Counted from the first letter of the stretch, positions 40,691-50,434 are shown. The stretch is 64,000 bases of DNA from Acidimicrobiia bacterium (GCA_035646535.1 DASRPD010000098.1:33827-97826); one strand, 5' to 3'. Made by a program: numbers and translations. Notes: generated by a model from the letters alone, not told the origin.

Positions 40691-42106
40691 TCAGGTCGGC
40701 GGCCCGGGCTCGGACGGACCGTGGACGATGTGCCCGCCCAGCAGCGTGAGGCGCACCGACTCCGCCCGAGGAGCGGCGAGCATCGCGGGCACCCCGACCG
40801 ACAGGAGGCAGAGGTCGGCGGGCGCGCCCACGGCGACCGAGCGCGGCCGTGCGGGCTCGTCGGCGGGGCCGAGGAACAGGTCCAGCGCGCGGCGGGTCGA
40901 GATCGTCTCTTCGCCGCCGAGCACCCGTCCGGCGCGGGTCCGGCGCGTCGTGGCGCCCGCAATCGCCGCCCACGGGTCGAGGCTGCCGAACGGCGCGTCG
41001 GAACCGGCGGCCAGGGCCACCCCGGCCTCGAGGAGGCGCCGGCAGGGAAAGAGGTCGTTCCGGTCGGCGGTCTCGACCTGTTCGAGGTACGCGTCGCCGC
41101 GCTCGACCACGAACGACGGTTGGGTGACGACGATCAGGTCCTGCGCCGCGAGCGTGCCCACCAGCTCGTGGGGTATCACGCCGCCGTGCTCGATCCGGTC
41201 GCCGGGTCGGGTCTGGGTCTCGCCGAGCGCGCTGAGTGCGACGACGAGCTCGGCGAGCGTGGCGCAGTGGAATGCGACCGCTCGTCCGTCGGCGCGTGCC
41301 GCGCGGATCGAACCCACGACGCGATCGATGTCGAGGTCTTCGGACTCGTCGACGACGACCTTCACGGGCCCGATCGTGACGCCGTGGTGGTGCGCCGAGC
41401 CGGTCCCCGGCGGAGTCATGGCGAGGATCCGACATCGAAGCGCGCCGGAGACACGCGCCTCGGCCAGCGCGGTCAGGACCGTCGCGTCGTTGGTGGCGGT
41501 CGCGTCGGTGACCCCGGTGACCCCGAACGCGGCGAGGCACCGACCGAGCGGGCCCAGATCCGGAAGGGCCGAGGGGAGCCTCCCGCGAAGCCACAGGTCG
41601 CTCCGGTACAGCCGGCCGGTGGGCGAGCCGAGCGGGTCGCGCTCGAGACCGGGCGGGCCATCGTGCTCGGCCCGGAGCGAGCCGAGCGCGGCGTGGTTGA
41701 ACAGCCACAGCCGCCCCGAACGGTGCTGGATCCGGATCGGGCAGTCGTCGCGCAGGGCGTCGAGCGCGTCCGCGTCGGGCAGGCCCATGACGGACTCGTG
41801 GTACCCGACGCCCCGTATCCAGCCAGCTCGGCCGGGCCGGGCGGCCCGGAGGCGGGCCGCGAGCCCATCACGATCGGCGACATCCGGAGGCCCGCACCGG
41901 ACCGACTCGAGCGCCGCGGCCGCGGCGAGCAGGTGGACGTGGTGATCGTACAATCCGGGGATCAACGCGCCGGCGCGACCGTCGATGACGTCGTCGAAGC
42001 GGTCGCGATCGAGACCGGCGGCGACCCCGACGATCCGATCGCCGATCACACCGACGTCAACTCGGCGGCCGTCGAGCAGCTCGACATCCGCGAGGAGAAC
42101 GCTCAT
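40691..42106 (-). CDS. Amidohydrolase_3-type metal-dependent hydrolase
   Basis: Start at MSVLLADVELLDGRRVDV (ATG 42106). IPGLYDHHVHLL is the HxH motif, with HCAT and AAGSDAPF also present. The N-terminal 178 codons of the track ORF are noise. Confidence 0.8.
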   Translation of the reverse strand: MSVLLADVELLDGRRVDVGVIGDRIVGVAAGLDRDRFDDVIDGRAGALIPGLYDHHVHLLAAAAALESVRCGPPDVADRDGLAARLRAARPGRAGWIRGVGYHESVMGLPDADALDALRDDCPIRIQHRSGRLWLFNHAALGSLRAEHDGPPGLERDPLGSPTGRLYRSDLWLRGRLPSALPDLGPLGRCLAAFGVTGVTDATATNDATVLTALAEARVSGALRCRILAMTPPGTGSAHHHGVTIGPVKVVVDESEDLDIDRVVGSIRAARADGRAVAFHCATLAELVVALSALGETQTRPGDRIEHGGVIPHELVGTLAAQDLIVVTQPSFVVERGDAYLEQVETADRNDLFPCRRLLEAGVALAAGSDAPFGSLDPWAAIAGATTRRTRAGRVLGGEETISTRRALDLFLGPADEPARPRSVAVGAPADLCLLSVGVPAMLAAPRAESVRLTLLGGHIVHGPSEPGPPT

Positions 42107-42169
42107 GGCGGAAGGGTAGGTTCGACCACGACCGGTCCGCGTACGACCCGGGGGAGGTGACCGGAATCG

Positions 42170-43198
42170 ATGGCGCTGGCGACCGAACGTGACCTCGAAG
42201 AGCTCAGGGCCGGGCTGGTCCGATGGCTCGGCGCGCGACGAGCCACCGACGTCGTCGTGACCGGAATCGAGCGACCGTCGGTCGGTCACTCGAGCGAGAC
42301 CCTCCTCGTCGACTACGAGTGGCGCGCCGACGGAGAGACCGACACCGACCATGTCGTCGTCCGGCTCCCGCCGGCGAGCGGTGGGACGTTCCCCGACTTC
42401 GACCTGACCGCGCAGGCCGCAGCCCAGGCGGCCGCGGGAACCGCCGGCGTGGCGGTGGCCGAACCGACAACCGTCGAGCCCGACGCGAGATGGCTCGGCG
42501 CGCCGTTCATGACGATGCCCCGAGTCGAGGGTCACATCATCGGACCGTCGAGCCCGCACGACCCGTGGCTCGCCGCCCTCGGCGCCCGCGACCAGGCGCG
42601 GCTCCACGACGGGTTCATCGCGACGCTGGGTGCGATCCATCGCGCCGACGCCGATCGGGCGCGCCGTGACGGCGTCGCGGTGCGGGACCTCGCGGCCGAG
42701 CTCGACTATTGGGACGACTACCTCACGTGGTCGTCACCGGGAGCACCGGTCGAGACACTCGTTCTCGCGACAGACTGGTGCCGCGACCATCGCCCCGCCA
42801 CCGACCCGCCGCCGTGCCTGTTGTGGGGTGACGCACGACTCGGCAACGTGATCTTCGCCGACGACCTCACCCCGGCCGCGGTGCTCGACTGGGACATGGC
42901 GAGCATCGGTGCGCCCGAGCACGACCTCGCGTGGTTCCTCACCCTGGAAGCAACCGTCGAGCACGTGACGGGTGCGCGGGTGGCCGGGTTTCCCGGTCGA
43001 GCCGAGACGATCGAGTCCTACGAGCGCGACTTGGGTCGGCCGGTCCGGGACTTCGAATGGTTCGAGACCTTCGCCCAGCTTCGGGCCACCGCGATCATGA
43101 CCCGGATCGGCTACCTGCACGCCGCAGTCGGCGGCACAGGATTGGTACCGATTGCCGATAACCCGGTGCTCGACCTGCTGCGCGAGCGGCTGCGATGA
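42170..43198 (+). CDS. phosphotransferase (APH/choline-kinase fold) family protein
   Basis: 342-aa ORF. CLLWGDARLGNVIF is catalytic-loop-like and VLDWDMASIGAPEHDLAWF is the DxD region. This is the type often linked to acyl-CoA metabolism genes. Confidence 0.8.
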   Translation: MALATERDLEELRAGLVRWLGARRATDVVVTGIERPSVGHSSETLLVDYEWRADGETDTDHVVVRLPPASGGTFPDFDLTAQAAAQAAAGTAGVAVAEPTTVEPDARWLGAPFMTMPRVEGHIIGPSSPHDPWLAALGARDQARLHDGFIATLGAIHRADADRARRDGVAVRDLAAELDYWDDYLTWSSPGAPVETLVLATDWCRDHRPATDPPPCLLWGDARLGNVIFADDLTPAAVLDWDMASIGAPEHDLAWFLTLEATVEHVTGARVAGFPGRAETIESYERDLGRPVRDFEWFETFAQLRATAIMTRIGYLHAAVGGTGLVPIADNPVLDLLRERLR

Positions 43199-44841
43199 CA
43201 GCAACCGTCGCCGACCTGCTCGCCCAGCGAGGTGACGACGAGTCACTCGGTCTCGTCGCCGGTGACGAGTGCTGGAGCTGGGCCGAGGTCGTGGGCGAGT
43301 CGAGACGGTATGCCGCGGCGCTGGCCGGGCTGCGCGGCGACGGTCCCTTCCATGTCGGCATCCTGGCCGAGAACACGCCCGAGTTCCTGTTCACCATGTT
43401 CGGCGCGGCGCTTGCCGGCGCGGTCACCGTCGGTGTCAACTCGACCCGTCGCGGCGCCGAGCTCGCGCGTGACATCACCCACACGGATTGTCGGATCATC
43501 GCCACCGAGGCCGGCCAGGTCGACCTGCTCACCGGGCTGGATCTCAACGACGCCGAGATCGTGAGCATCGACGCACCCCGCTGGGCCGAGCTGCTCGCGA
43601 GGGGCGAACACGCGGCGCAGCCGGCGGCCACCGTCGCGGCTGACGACCTGTTCGTCCTGCTGTTCACCTCCGGGTCGACCGGCGCGCCGAAGGCGGTACG
43701 GATGACCCACGGCCGCGCCACTCGCGCCGCGCTGGCCGCGACGTGGTTCACCGCTGACTCGGTGCTGTACTGCACGATGCCGCTGTTCCACGGCAACTCG
43801 CTCAACGCGATCGTGTTCCCCGCGCTGGCCACGGGCGCGACCATCGCACTGCGCCGCCGGTTCTCGGCGTCGGAGTTCCTCCCGGATTGCCGGCGCTACC
43901 ACGCCACGTTCTTCAGCACCGTGGGCCGCGCGCTCGCGTACGTGCTCGCGACACCCGAGCACCCCGACGATCGAGAGCACGAGGTGCAGTACGGCTTGTC
44001 ACCCGAGGCGTCTCCCACCGACATGGCGGCGTTCACTCGGCGCTTCGGGATACCGCTCGTCGCCGGGTACGGGTCGAGCGAGAACGCCATCGTCATGGTC
44101 CCCGCGCCGGGCCAACCGAAGGACGCGCTGGGCGTGCCCCAGGAAGGCATCGACGCCGCCATCATCGACCCCGACACCGGTGCCGAAGCCGCAACCGCGC
44201 GTCTCGACTCCGACGGCCGTCTGCTCAACCCGACCGAAGCCATTGGCGAGATCGTCGGTCGCAACGTCGCTGATCGCTTCGAGGGCTACTACAACAACCC
44301 TGAGGCCGACGCCGAGCGCATTCGCGACGGTATGTACCTCTCGGGTGACCTCGGGTATCGGGACGGGCGGGGGTTGTTCTTCTTCGCCGGCCGGCGAGGG
44401 GAGTGGCTCCGCGTCGACGGCGAGAACTTCACGGCCGGTCTCGTCGAGCGTGTGCTCGGCCGCTTCCCGGGGGTGAGCGCGGTGGCGGTCTATGCCGTGC
44501 CCGACGAGCGCACCGCCGATGACCAGCCGATGGCAGCCGTCGAGCTCGTTGCCGACGCCGAGTTCGATGCCGAGGCCTTCACTCGGTTCTGTGCCGACGA
44601 GCCCGACCTCGGCACGAAGTGGGCTCCCCGTTACGTGCGGATCGGGCGCCTGCCCGTCGGTGGTACGAACAAGGTCGACCGGCGCGCGTTGCGCAGCGAG
44701 CGCTGGGAGAGCGCGGCTCCGGTGTGGTGGCGCCCGGATCGAACCTCGCCGTACCGACTCATGACCGACGATGATCGACGCGCGCTCGACGAGCAGTTCG
44801 AGGCCCACGGTCGCGCCGGCGCGCTCCGCCGGCCCGGATAG
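43195..44841 (+). CDS. AMP-dependent acyl-CoA synthetase
   Basis: 548-aa ORF with an ATGA overlap (43195-43198). Motifs are LLFTSGSTGAPKAVRMTH, AGYGSSENA and YLSGDLGYRDGRGLFFFAGRRGEWLRVDGENF. Confidence 0.9.
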   Translation: MTATVADLLAQRGDDESLGLVAGDECWSWAEVVGESRRYAAALAGLRGDGPFHVGILAENTPEFLFTMFGAALAGAVTVGVNSTRRGAELARDITHTDCRIIATEAGQVDLLTGLDLNDAEIVSIDAPRWAELLARGEHAAQPAATVAADDLFVLLFTSGSTGAPKAVRMTHGRATRAALAATWFTADSVLYCTMPLFHGNSLNAIVFPALATGATIALRRRFSASEFLPDCRRYHATFFSTVGRALAYVLATPEHPDDREHEVQYGLSPEASPTDMAAFTRRFGIPLVAGYGSSENAIVMVPAPGQPKDALGVPQEGIDAAIIDPDTGAEAATARLDSDGRLLNPTEAIGEIVGRNVADRFEGYYNNPEADAERIRDGMYLSGDLGYRDGRGLFFFAGRRGEWLRVDGENFTAGLVERVLGRFPGVSAVAVYAVPDERTADDQPMAAVELVADAEFDAEAFTRFCADEPDLGTKWAPRYVRIGRLPVGGTNKVDRRALRSERWESAAPVWWRPDRTSPYRLMTDDDRRALDEQFEAHGRAGALRRPG

Positions 44842-44851
44842 GAGGCGACTC

Positions 44852-46051
44852 ATGACGATCCCGCTCACGGAGCTGGACATCGATCCGAGCGTGCCCGGAT
44901 TCTTCCTCCGGCCGGACTACTACGACGTGCTGGGCCGCCTGCGTGCCGAGGCTCCACTGTTCGAGGCCACGCCCGGGACGCGCCTTGTGTCGCGCTACGA
45001 CGACATTCGCGAGATCAGCCGCGACCCCGGTCGGTTCTGTTCGAGTCGTGGCGTGCTCGTCAACGACCCGATGCGCGAAGGCCTCGCCATCGAGGGCTCG
45101 ATCCTGCACACCGATCCACCCCGCCACGGCGAGTACCGCCGCCTGCTCAATCGGGAGTTCACTCCACGAGCGGTCGGCGGGATGGAGCCGCGCATCCGGG
45201 CTCGGACCCGCGACCTGCTCGATGCCATCCCCCGGGGCGAGGAGGTCGATCTCGTCGATGTGCTCGCCGCGCCGCTTCCGGTCACGGTGATCGCCGATGT
45301 GCTCGGGGTCGCCGAGTCGGATCGGTCCGAGTTCCGGCGTTGGTCGGACGCGGCGATCGTCGCATCCGACGGGCGCGCGGATCTTCCCACCGAGGACGCG
45401 GTTGCGGTCGGCGAGCTCGTTTCGTTCCTCGGTGCGCTGGCGGAGGCGAAACGGGCCGATCCCGGTGACGACGTGGTGTCACTGCTCGTCGACCGCGAGA
45501 TCGGCGGCGCGCGACTCTCGCCCGGCGAGCTCATGACGTTCAACATGTCGCTCCTCGTGGCGGGCAACGAGACCACTCGCCACCTCATCTCGGGTGGGTT
45601 CCTCGCGCTGGCCGAACATCCGGACCAGCGGCGCCGCCTCGCGGCCGATCCGTCGTTGATGCCCGGAGCAGTCGAGGAGCTCCTGCGGTGGGTGACCCCC
45701 ATCCAGCAATTCGCCCGGACCGTCGTCGCCGACACGACCGTCGGCGGCGAGCAGGTGCGCGTGGGGGAGTACCTCGTGATGCTCTACGCCTCGGGCAATC
45801 GCGACGAAGCGGCCTTCGGGCCGACTGCCGCGGACTTCGACACCCTGCGACCGCTCAGCCCGCCGAACCTCGCGTTCGGTTTCGGTGAGCACCTGTGTCT
45901 CGGCGCGGCCCTGGCCCGGCTCGAGGCCCGCGTCGTGTTCGAAGAGGTGCTCGACCGGTTCGCCGACTTCGAGCTCGCCGGCCCCTCGACGTACCTGCCG
46001 TCGAGTCTCGTGCGTGGCCCCAGCTCGCTGCCGATCCGCTTCGCGCGCTAG
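44852..46051 (+). CDS. cytochrome P450
   Basis: Start at MTIPLTELDIDP (ATG 44852, GGAGG at 44841-44845). It has the I-helix AGNETT, EELLRW (ExxR) and the heme loop FGFGEHLCLGAALARLE. Confidence 0.9.
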   Translation: MTIPLTELDIDPSVPGFFLRPDYYDVLGRLRAEAPLFEATPGTRLVSRYDDIREISRDPGRFCSSRGVLVNDPMREGLAIEGSILHTDPPRHGEYRRLLNREFTPRAVGGMEPRIRARTRDLLDAIPRGEEVDLVDVLAAPLPVTVIADVLGVAESDRSEFRRWSDAAIVASDGRADLPTEDAVAVGELVSFLGALAEAKRADPGDDVVSLLVDREIGGARLSPGELMTFNMSLLVAGNETTRHLISGGFLALAEHPDQRRRLAADPSLMPGAVEELLRWVTPIQQFARTVVADTTVGGEQVRVGEYLVMLYASGNRDEAAFGPTAADFDTLRPLSPPNLAFGFGEHLCLGAALARLEARVVFEEVLDRFADFELAGPSTYLPSSLVRGPSSLPIRFAR

Positions 46052-46542
46052 CGCCGGGTCGCTACGGCGAGCTCGGTCTCCGCGTCGGCCTCCAGGGCAT
46101 CGAGCAGTCCGTCGAGCACGCGAGTCGTTGCGGGATGGAGGCCGGTCGAGTCGAGGTCGGCCTCCCAGCGATGGAGCTCGCGGTTCACGCGACGGACCAG
46201 GGTGTGGCCGCGCGCGGTCAACTCGACCGTGATGCGCCGCCGGTCGTCGGGATCGTCAGCGCGCTCCAGCCGGCCGGCGGCTTCGAGGCGGTCGAGGGTG
46301 AGGGTCATCCCTCCGGTCGTGCGGCCGAGCAGCTCGCAGATGCCGGTGGGCGTCCCTCGCCCATTCGGGGATCGGCGCACGACCGCGAGCACGAGGTAGT
46401 CCGCGGTCGAGATGGCGTTGCGGGCGGTGATCTCGTCGATCGCGTTCCGCAGGAGCATCTCGACGCGTACGAGCCGGGCGAGCAGCCCCGCGTCGGGCGG
46501 GAGGCCGAGCTCGTCCCAGGTGCCTCGCCGGTTCGACGTCAA
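46048..46542 (-). CDS. MarR-family transcriptional regulator
   Basis: wHTH ICELLGRTTGGMTLTLDRLEAAGRLERADDPDDRRRITVELT. I propose the start at TTG 46542, a TTGA overlap with the upstream amidohydrolase stop. ATG 46638 would overlap that gene by 100 nt. Confidence 0.75.
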   Translation of the reverse strand: MTSNRRGTWDELGLPPDAGLLARLVRVEMLLRNAIDEITARNAISTADYLVLAVVRRSPNGRGTPTGICELLGRTTGGMTLTLDRLEAAGRLERADDPDDRRRITVELTARGHTLVRRVNRELHRWEADLDSTGLHPATTRVLDGLLDALEADAETELAVATRR

Positions 46543-47774
46543 CGGTCGATGCCGAAGCGCGCCAGGCCGTAGCACGCGATCGCGTTGCCGCGCAGGAGCT
46601 GGTAGCACTCGCGCTCGTTCATCTGCGCGCTGGTGCACAGCTGATGGGCGATGGCGCGGGAGTCGGGGAAGCTCCCGTTGGGGTGCGGGAAGTCCGTCTC
46701 GAACACGATCGTGTCCATGCCGACCGCCTCACGACTGCGCAGCCCGTGCAGATCGTCGAAGATGCAGCCGAACACCCGGCCGCGGGCGTAGCTCGACGGC
46801 GGATTCGCCAGCTCGACGCCACCGACGTCTTCGTGCCAGACGCCGTCCATCCGTTCGAATTGGAACGGCATCCAGCCCACCTGACTCTCGGCGTAGGCGA
46901 GCTTGATGCGGGGGAAGCGTTCGAGGGTGCGGGACCAGATCCAATCGGCGAGCGACCCTTGGGCGTTCTGGGAGTTGAGTGACATCGACACCGCCAGCGG
47001 CGCGTCCGGGCTCGTGGTCGGCATGGAAGATGACGAGCCGATGTGCATCGACACGGTCGTGTCGGTCTCCTCACACGCCACCCAGAGCGGGTCCCACTCG
47101 CCGGTGTAGAGCGATGGGTAGCCCAGCTTGGACGGGTTCTCGCTGAACGCGATCGCGAAGCTTCCCTTCGTGGCGCAGCGCCGCACCTCGGCGGCGGCGA
47201 GCTTCGGATCCCACAGCGGCACGAGCGTGAGCGGTACGAGCCGGCCTCGTGCCGCGCCGCCGCACCACTCGTCGATCATCCAGTCGTTGTAGATCTGCAG
47301 GCACGCGAGCGCGAGCTCCTTGTCGGCGCGCTCGGCGAAGCCTTGGCCCGCGAAACGCGGGAAGGTGTTCGGGTAGTTGAGAGCAACGTCCACGTGGTTG
47401 GCGTCCATCGCCGCGAGGCGGGCCGATCGGTCGTAGGCCGACGGCTCGAAGTCCTCATAGATCGCGGGCAGGTTCGCGTGCTGCTCGCGCGGCAGGCTTC
47501 CTGCCGCGTGCAAGAGGCCCGTCGGGGCCACCAGGTCGTCGAAGAGCCAGACGTCGCACCACTGCCCGTCGGCGACGTCCCGCTGCAGGTCGAGCTGACC
47601 GCCGGTGAAGGACAACGCGATCCGCTCGCGCGACACCTGCGGGCCTTGGTCACGCCAGCGGGCCGGGAGCTCACGTTGCCAGAGGTCGCGCGGCTCGAGG
47701 ATGTGGTCATCGACCGAGATGATCCCGGGCAGGTCTGTCTCGGCCGGTGTCACCGATGCAACCGTGGCGGTCAT
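46539..47774 (-). CDS. amidohydrolase-2 family protein, paralog B
   Basis: Start at MTATVASVTPAETDLPGIISVDDHILEP (ATG 47774, GGGAAGGGA SD). It has MHIGSSSS and IVFETDFPHPNGSFP. The N-terminal 147 codons of the 558-aa track ORF are rejected. Confidence 0.85.
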   Translation of the reverse strand: MTATVASVTPAETDLPGIISVDDHILEPRDLWQRELPARWRDQGPQVSRERIALSFTGGQLDLQRDVADGQWCDVWLFDDLVAPTGLLHAAGSLPREQHANLPAIYEDFEPSAYDRSARLAAMDANHVDVALNYPNTFPRFAGQGFAERADKELALACLQIYNDWMIDEWCGGAARGRLVPLTLVPLWDPKLAAAEVRRCATKGSFAIAFSENPSKLGYPSLYTGEWDPLWVACEETDTTVSMHIGSSSSMPTTSPDAPLAVSMSLNSQNAQGSLADWIWSRTLERFPRIKLAYAESQVGWMPFQFERMDGVWHEDVGGVELANPPSSYARGRVFGCIFDDLHGLRSREAVGMDTIVFETDFPHPNGSFPDSRAIAHQLCTSAQMNERECYQLLRGNAIACYGLARFGIDR

Positions 47775-47850
47775 GGTCCCTTCCCTGTTCGACGCGGGTT
47801 CGTGCTCGACTCCGGATCGTCTCCCGTTCGCGCCCATGATAGCTTGGGAC

Positions 47851-47882
47851 AAAGTAACTCGCCACCAAAGTAACTCGCCACC
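47851..47882. repeat. perfect 16-bp tandem direct repeat (2 copies) in a divergent promoter region
   Basis: AAAGTAACTCGCCACC lies at 47851-47866 and again at 47867-47882. This is the lowest-GC patch between the amidohydrolase (start 47774, -) and the cupin gene (start 47922, +). Confidence 0.9.
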
Positions 47883-47894
47883 AGCGATCTGGTG
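47879..47894. promoter_or_regulatory. 6-4-6 inverted repeat overlapping the end of the tandem repeat (operator candidate, e.g. for the adjacent MarR)
   Basis: CACCAG (47879-47884), cgat, CTGGTG (47889-47894). Confidence 0.4.
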
Positions 47895-47921
47895 CACCCG
47901 ACACGGCGGAGGAGGACGCGC

Positions 47922-48434
47922 GTGACCGATCCGCCCAGTCCCAGGGCTCCCGGTGCTGCACCCGTGTTTCGCCACCTCGACGACCCCGACGTCCCCTGGC
48001 AGGCCGTGCGTTCGCAGCGCAACGCCGACGGTTCGGTCGCCCACGTCTGGGAGAAGTGGCTCTCGTTCTCCGCGGAGCCGCAGTACCTCTCGCTGTACGC
48101 GCGCTACGACCCCGGGATGATCGTCCGCCGCCACGGGCACTTCAGCCCGCACGTCGTGTTCGTTCTCGAAGGCACGGTGAGCTTCGGCGATCGTCTGTGT
48201 CCGGCGGGCACCCACGTGGAGCTGCCGCTCGGAGCCGCGTTCGGCCCCGTTGTCGCCGGGCCCGAGGGCGCGGTGATGTTCGAGGTGATGATGGGTGACC
48301 CGCGGTCATGGGGCGACGACCCGGAGGCGTTCCAACGAGTGCTCACCGAACGCGGCGTCGCAGTCCTGCCGGATCCTCCGCTCGAGCTCCCACCCTGGCT
48401 CGAGGATCTGCGCCGTCACTGGGTGACCGACTGA
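47922..48434 (+). CDS. cupin-fold protein
   Basis: GTG 47922 is preceded by GGAGGAGGA (47907-47915). RRHGHFSPHVVFVLEGTVSFGDRLCPAGTHVELP is a cupin-type beta-barrel motif. Confidence 0.6.
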   Translation: MTDPPSPRAPGAAPVFRHLDDPDVPWQAVRSQRNADGSVAHVWEKWLSFSAEPQYLSLYARYDPGMIVRRHGHFSPHVVFVLEGTVSFGDRLCPAGTHVELPLGAAFGPVVAGPEGAVMFEVMMGDPRSWGDDPEAFQRVLTERGVAVLPDPPLELPPWLEDLRRHWVTD

Positions 48435-48543
48435 GCTCGAGCCGCCACGACGGGCTCGCTGAACCGTCGGGTCATGCCCCCCGGGCGCGTCGCTGCCCGG
48501 ACCCGGCCGAGGCTCCTAAGCTCACCGGGCCGACGAACCGGGA

Positions 48544-49380
48544 GTGACTGTGGCTGACTTCGAGACGATCGTGTACGACGAGCGCGACGGCGTGGCGTGG
48601 GTGACGCTCAACCGCCCCGAGGTCCACAACGCGTTCAACCTCACGATGCAGGAAGAGCTGCGAGGCGTGTGGACGTCGCTGCGCCGCAACGACGACGTCC
48701 GCGCCGTCGTCCTGACCGGCGCGGGGGAGAAAGCCTTCTGCACGGGCATCGACCGCGCCGAGGCAATGGCCCACTTCACCGAAGGTCCCGATGTCGACAG
48801 TCGCTCGGGCGTCGGCAGCGGCTCGACGCCGTACATGTTCGACGACCCGGGCCGGAACATCTGCCCGAAGCAATGTGACCTCTGGAAGCCCGTCGTCGCG
48901 GCGGTCAACGGCATGGCGTGCGGCGGCGCGCTCTACATGCTCGGCGAGGTCGACATCATCATCGCCGCGGACACCGCCACGTTCTTCGACCCGCACGTCA
49001 CCTACGGCATGGTGTCGGGCTTCGAGTCGATCCACCTCCTCCAGAAGCTCCCGCTGGGTGAGACGCTGCGCCTCGCGCTCTTGGGCAACAGCGAGCGGAT
49101 GTCGGCCCAGCGGGCTTACGAGATGGGGCTCGTCTCCGAGCTCGCGCCGCTCGCCGAGCTGCCCGCGCGCGCCGCGTGGATCGCGGGTGAGATCGCGTCT
49201 GCGCCCCCGCTCGCGGTCCAGGGGACGCTGCGTTCGATCTGGGCCGGCCAGGAGCACACCTGGAAGCAGGCGCTCGAGCTCGCGTACACCTGGGTCGGAC
49301 TCGGCTCGGACCATGACAACCTCGCCGCGGGCCAGACCAGCTTCGCCGGCGGTCAGCGCAAGGAGTGGCGCCTCCGCTGA
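48544..49380 (+). CDS. enoyl-CoA hydratase/isomerase family protein
   Basis: 278-aa ORF with DGVAWVTLNRPEVHNAF, VVLTGAGEKAFCTGID and KPVVAAVNGMACGGALYM. It carries an unusual inserted loop (..GPDVDSRSGVGSGSTPYMFDDPGRNICPKQ..). Confidence 0.85.
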   Translation: MTVADFETIVYDERDGVAWVTLNRPEVHNAFNLTMQEELRGVWTSLRRNDDVRAVVLTGAGEKAFCTGIDRAEAMAHFTEGPDVDSRSGVGSGSTPYMFDDPGRNICPKQCDLWKPVVAAVNGMACGGALYMLGEVDIIIAADTATFFDPHVTYGMVSGFESIHLLQKLPLGETLRLALLGNSERMSAQRAYEMGLVSELAPLAELPARAAWIAGEIASAPPLAVQGTLRSIWAGQEHTWKQALELAYTWVGLGSDHDNLAAGQTSFAGGQRKEWRLR

Positions 49381-49438
49381 CTGCCCGCGGGCCATGGTGG
49401 TCGATCGGGTTCGGGCTGCGCGAGATCCGGCCCGAGCG

Positions 49439-50434
49439 TCAGGGTTCGGCCACGGCGTCGCCGAGCCCGGGGAACACCTTGGACACCTTGGCGAGGAGGT
49501 ATTCGCCGTAGGTGCCCGACCATTCGTGGGGGTTCGTGTGGTCCCACCGGGGGTGGGTCTCGAGGTCGCGGGCGGTGGGGCCCAGCGGGAGCGGGGCGAC
49601 CTCGACGTCCCAGCCCGGGTCGAAGAAGAACGGAGACGAGATGCGATCCCGGTCGATTGGCGGCCGGACCCGATGCGGGGTGGATCGATAGCGCCCGGCC
49701 GTCATTCGCTCCAGCATGTCGCCGAGGTTGCAGACGAACATGCCCGGAGTCGGCTCCACGGGCGCCCAACCATTCGGTCCGCGCACCTCGAGGCCTCCGG
49801 TGTCGTCTTGGACGAGCAGGGTCAGAAGCCCGTAGTCCGTGTGCTCGGCGACGCCCCAATGTGCCGCCTCGACCGTGCCGACCGGCGGGTAGTGAAAGAC
49901 CCGAAAGAGCGTCGTCGGATCGGCCGTGAGCTCTCGCGAGAAGAAGTCGTTGTCGAGGCCGAGCGCCAGCGCGAGCGCGCGCATCACCCGCTGGCCGAGC
50001 GCCGTCAGTTGGTCCATCACGTCGAGCACCGTGGCGCGCAGGCCTGCGGGGTGGACGGGAAACAGATTCGGTCCGTGGAGCGGGACGCCGGCCCGCACCC
50101 GCGGATCGTCGTGGGCGAGCTCCTCACCGAAGTAGATGCCTTCCTTGCCGTCGGGGACGCCGCTCGTGAGCTCACCGCCCGGGGGGAACCACCCGCGCCA
50201 TGCTCGACCGCCGCGCGCCATGGCGATCTCGGCCTTCTCCTCGGCGGGTCGGGCGAAGAACGCGCGCGCCTCGGTGTCGAGTCGTGCCAGCAGCTCGGGT
50301 GCGATGCCGTGCCCGACGACGCAGAAGAAGCCTCGGTCGCGACACGCGTCGTCGAGGGCTCGCACGGCGTCGTCGCGCCGGCGGCGCGGTCTGTCGAACT
50401 CGGCGAGGTCGACGAGAGGGATTCGCGCCATCAT
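49439..50434 (-). CDS. 2-oxoglutarate/Fe(II)-dependent oxygenase (isopenicillin-N-synthase-like)
   Basis: Start at MMARIPLVDLAEF (ATG 50434, GAGGAGG upstream). It has FFCVVGHGI, the HxD in GVAEHTDYGLLTLL, and the distal His/Arg in RYRSTPHRV. Confidence 0.85.
   Translation of the reverse strand: MMARIPLVDLAEFDRPRRRRDDAVRALDDACRDRGFFCVVGHGIAPELLARLDTEARAFFARPAEEKAEIAMARGGRAWRGWFPPGGELTSGVPDGKEGIYFGEELAHDDPRVRAGVPLHGPNLFPVHPAGLRATVLDVMDQLTALGQRVMRALALALGLDNDFFSRELTADPTTLFRVFHYPPVGTVEAAHWGVAEHTDYGLLTLLVQDDTGGLEVRGPNGWAPVEPTPGMFVCNLGDMLERMTAGRYRSTPHRVRPPIDRDRISSPFFFDPGWDVEVAPLPLGPTARDLETHPRWDHTNPHEWSGTYGEYLLAKVSKVFPGLGDAVAEP

Noticed and set aside
40161-42160. 594-aa and 479-aa plus-strand ORFs (40161-41945, 40721-42160) and the 350-aa minus ORF 40656-41708
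   Set aside because: All overlap the Amidohydrolase_3 gene (40691-42106) in wrong frames or on the wrong strand. Their composition is Arg/Pro/Ser/Gly noise.
46539-48215. 558-aa version of the amidohydrolase-2 paralog B (and similarly extended track ORFs 31112-32668, 32944-35166, 40691-42640, 20451-21500)
   Set aside because: The N-terminal extensions are Arg/Pro-rich, run across neighbouring genes or divergent promoters, and lack homology to the paralog. Internal ATG/GTG codons with SD sequences or 4-nt overlaps give N-termini that match family consensus.
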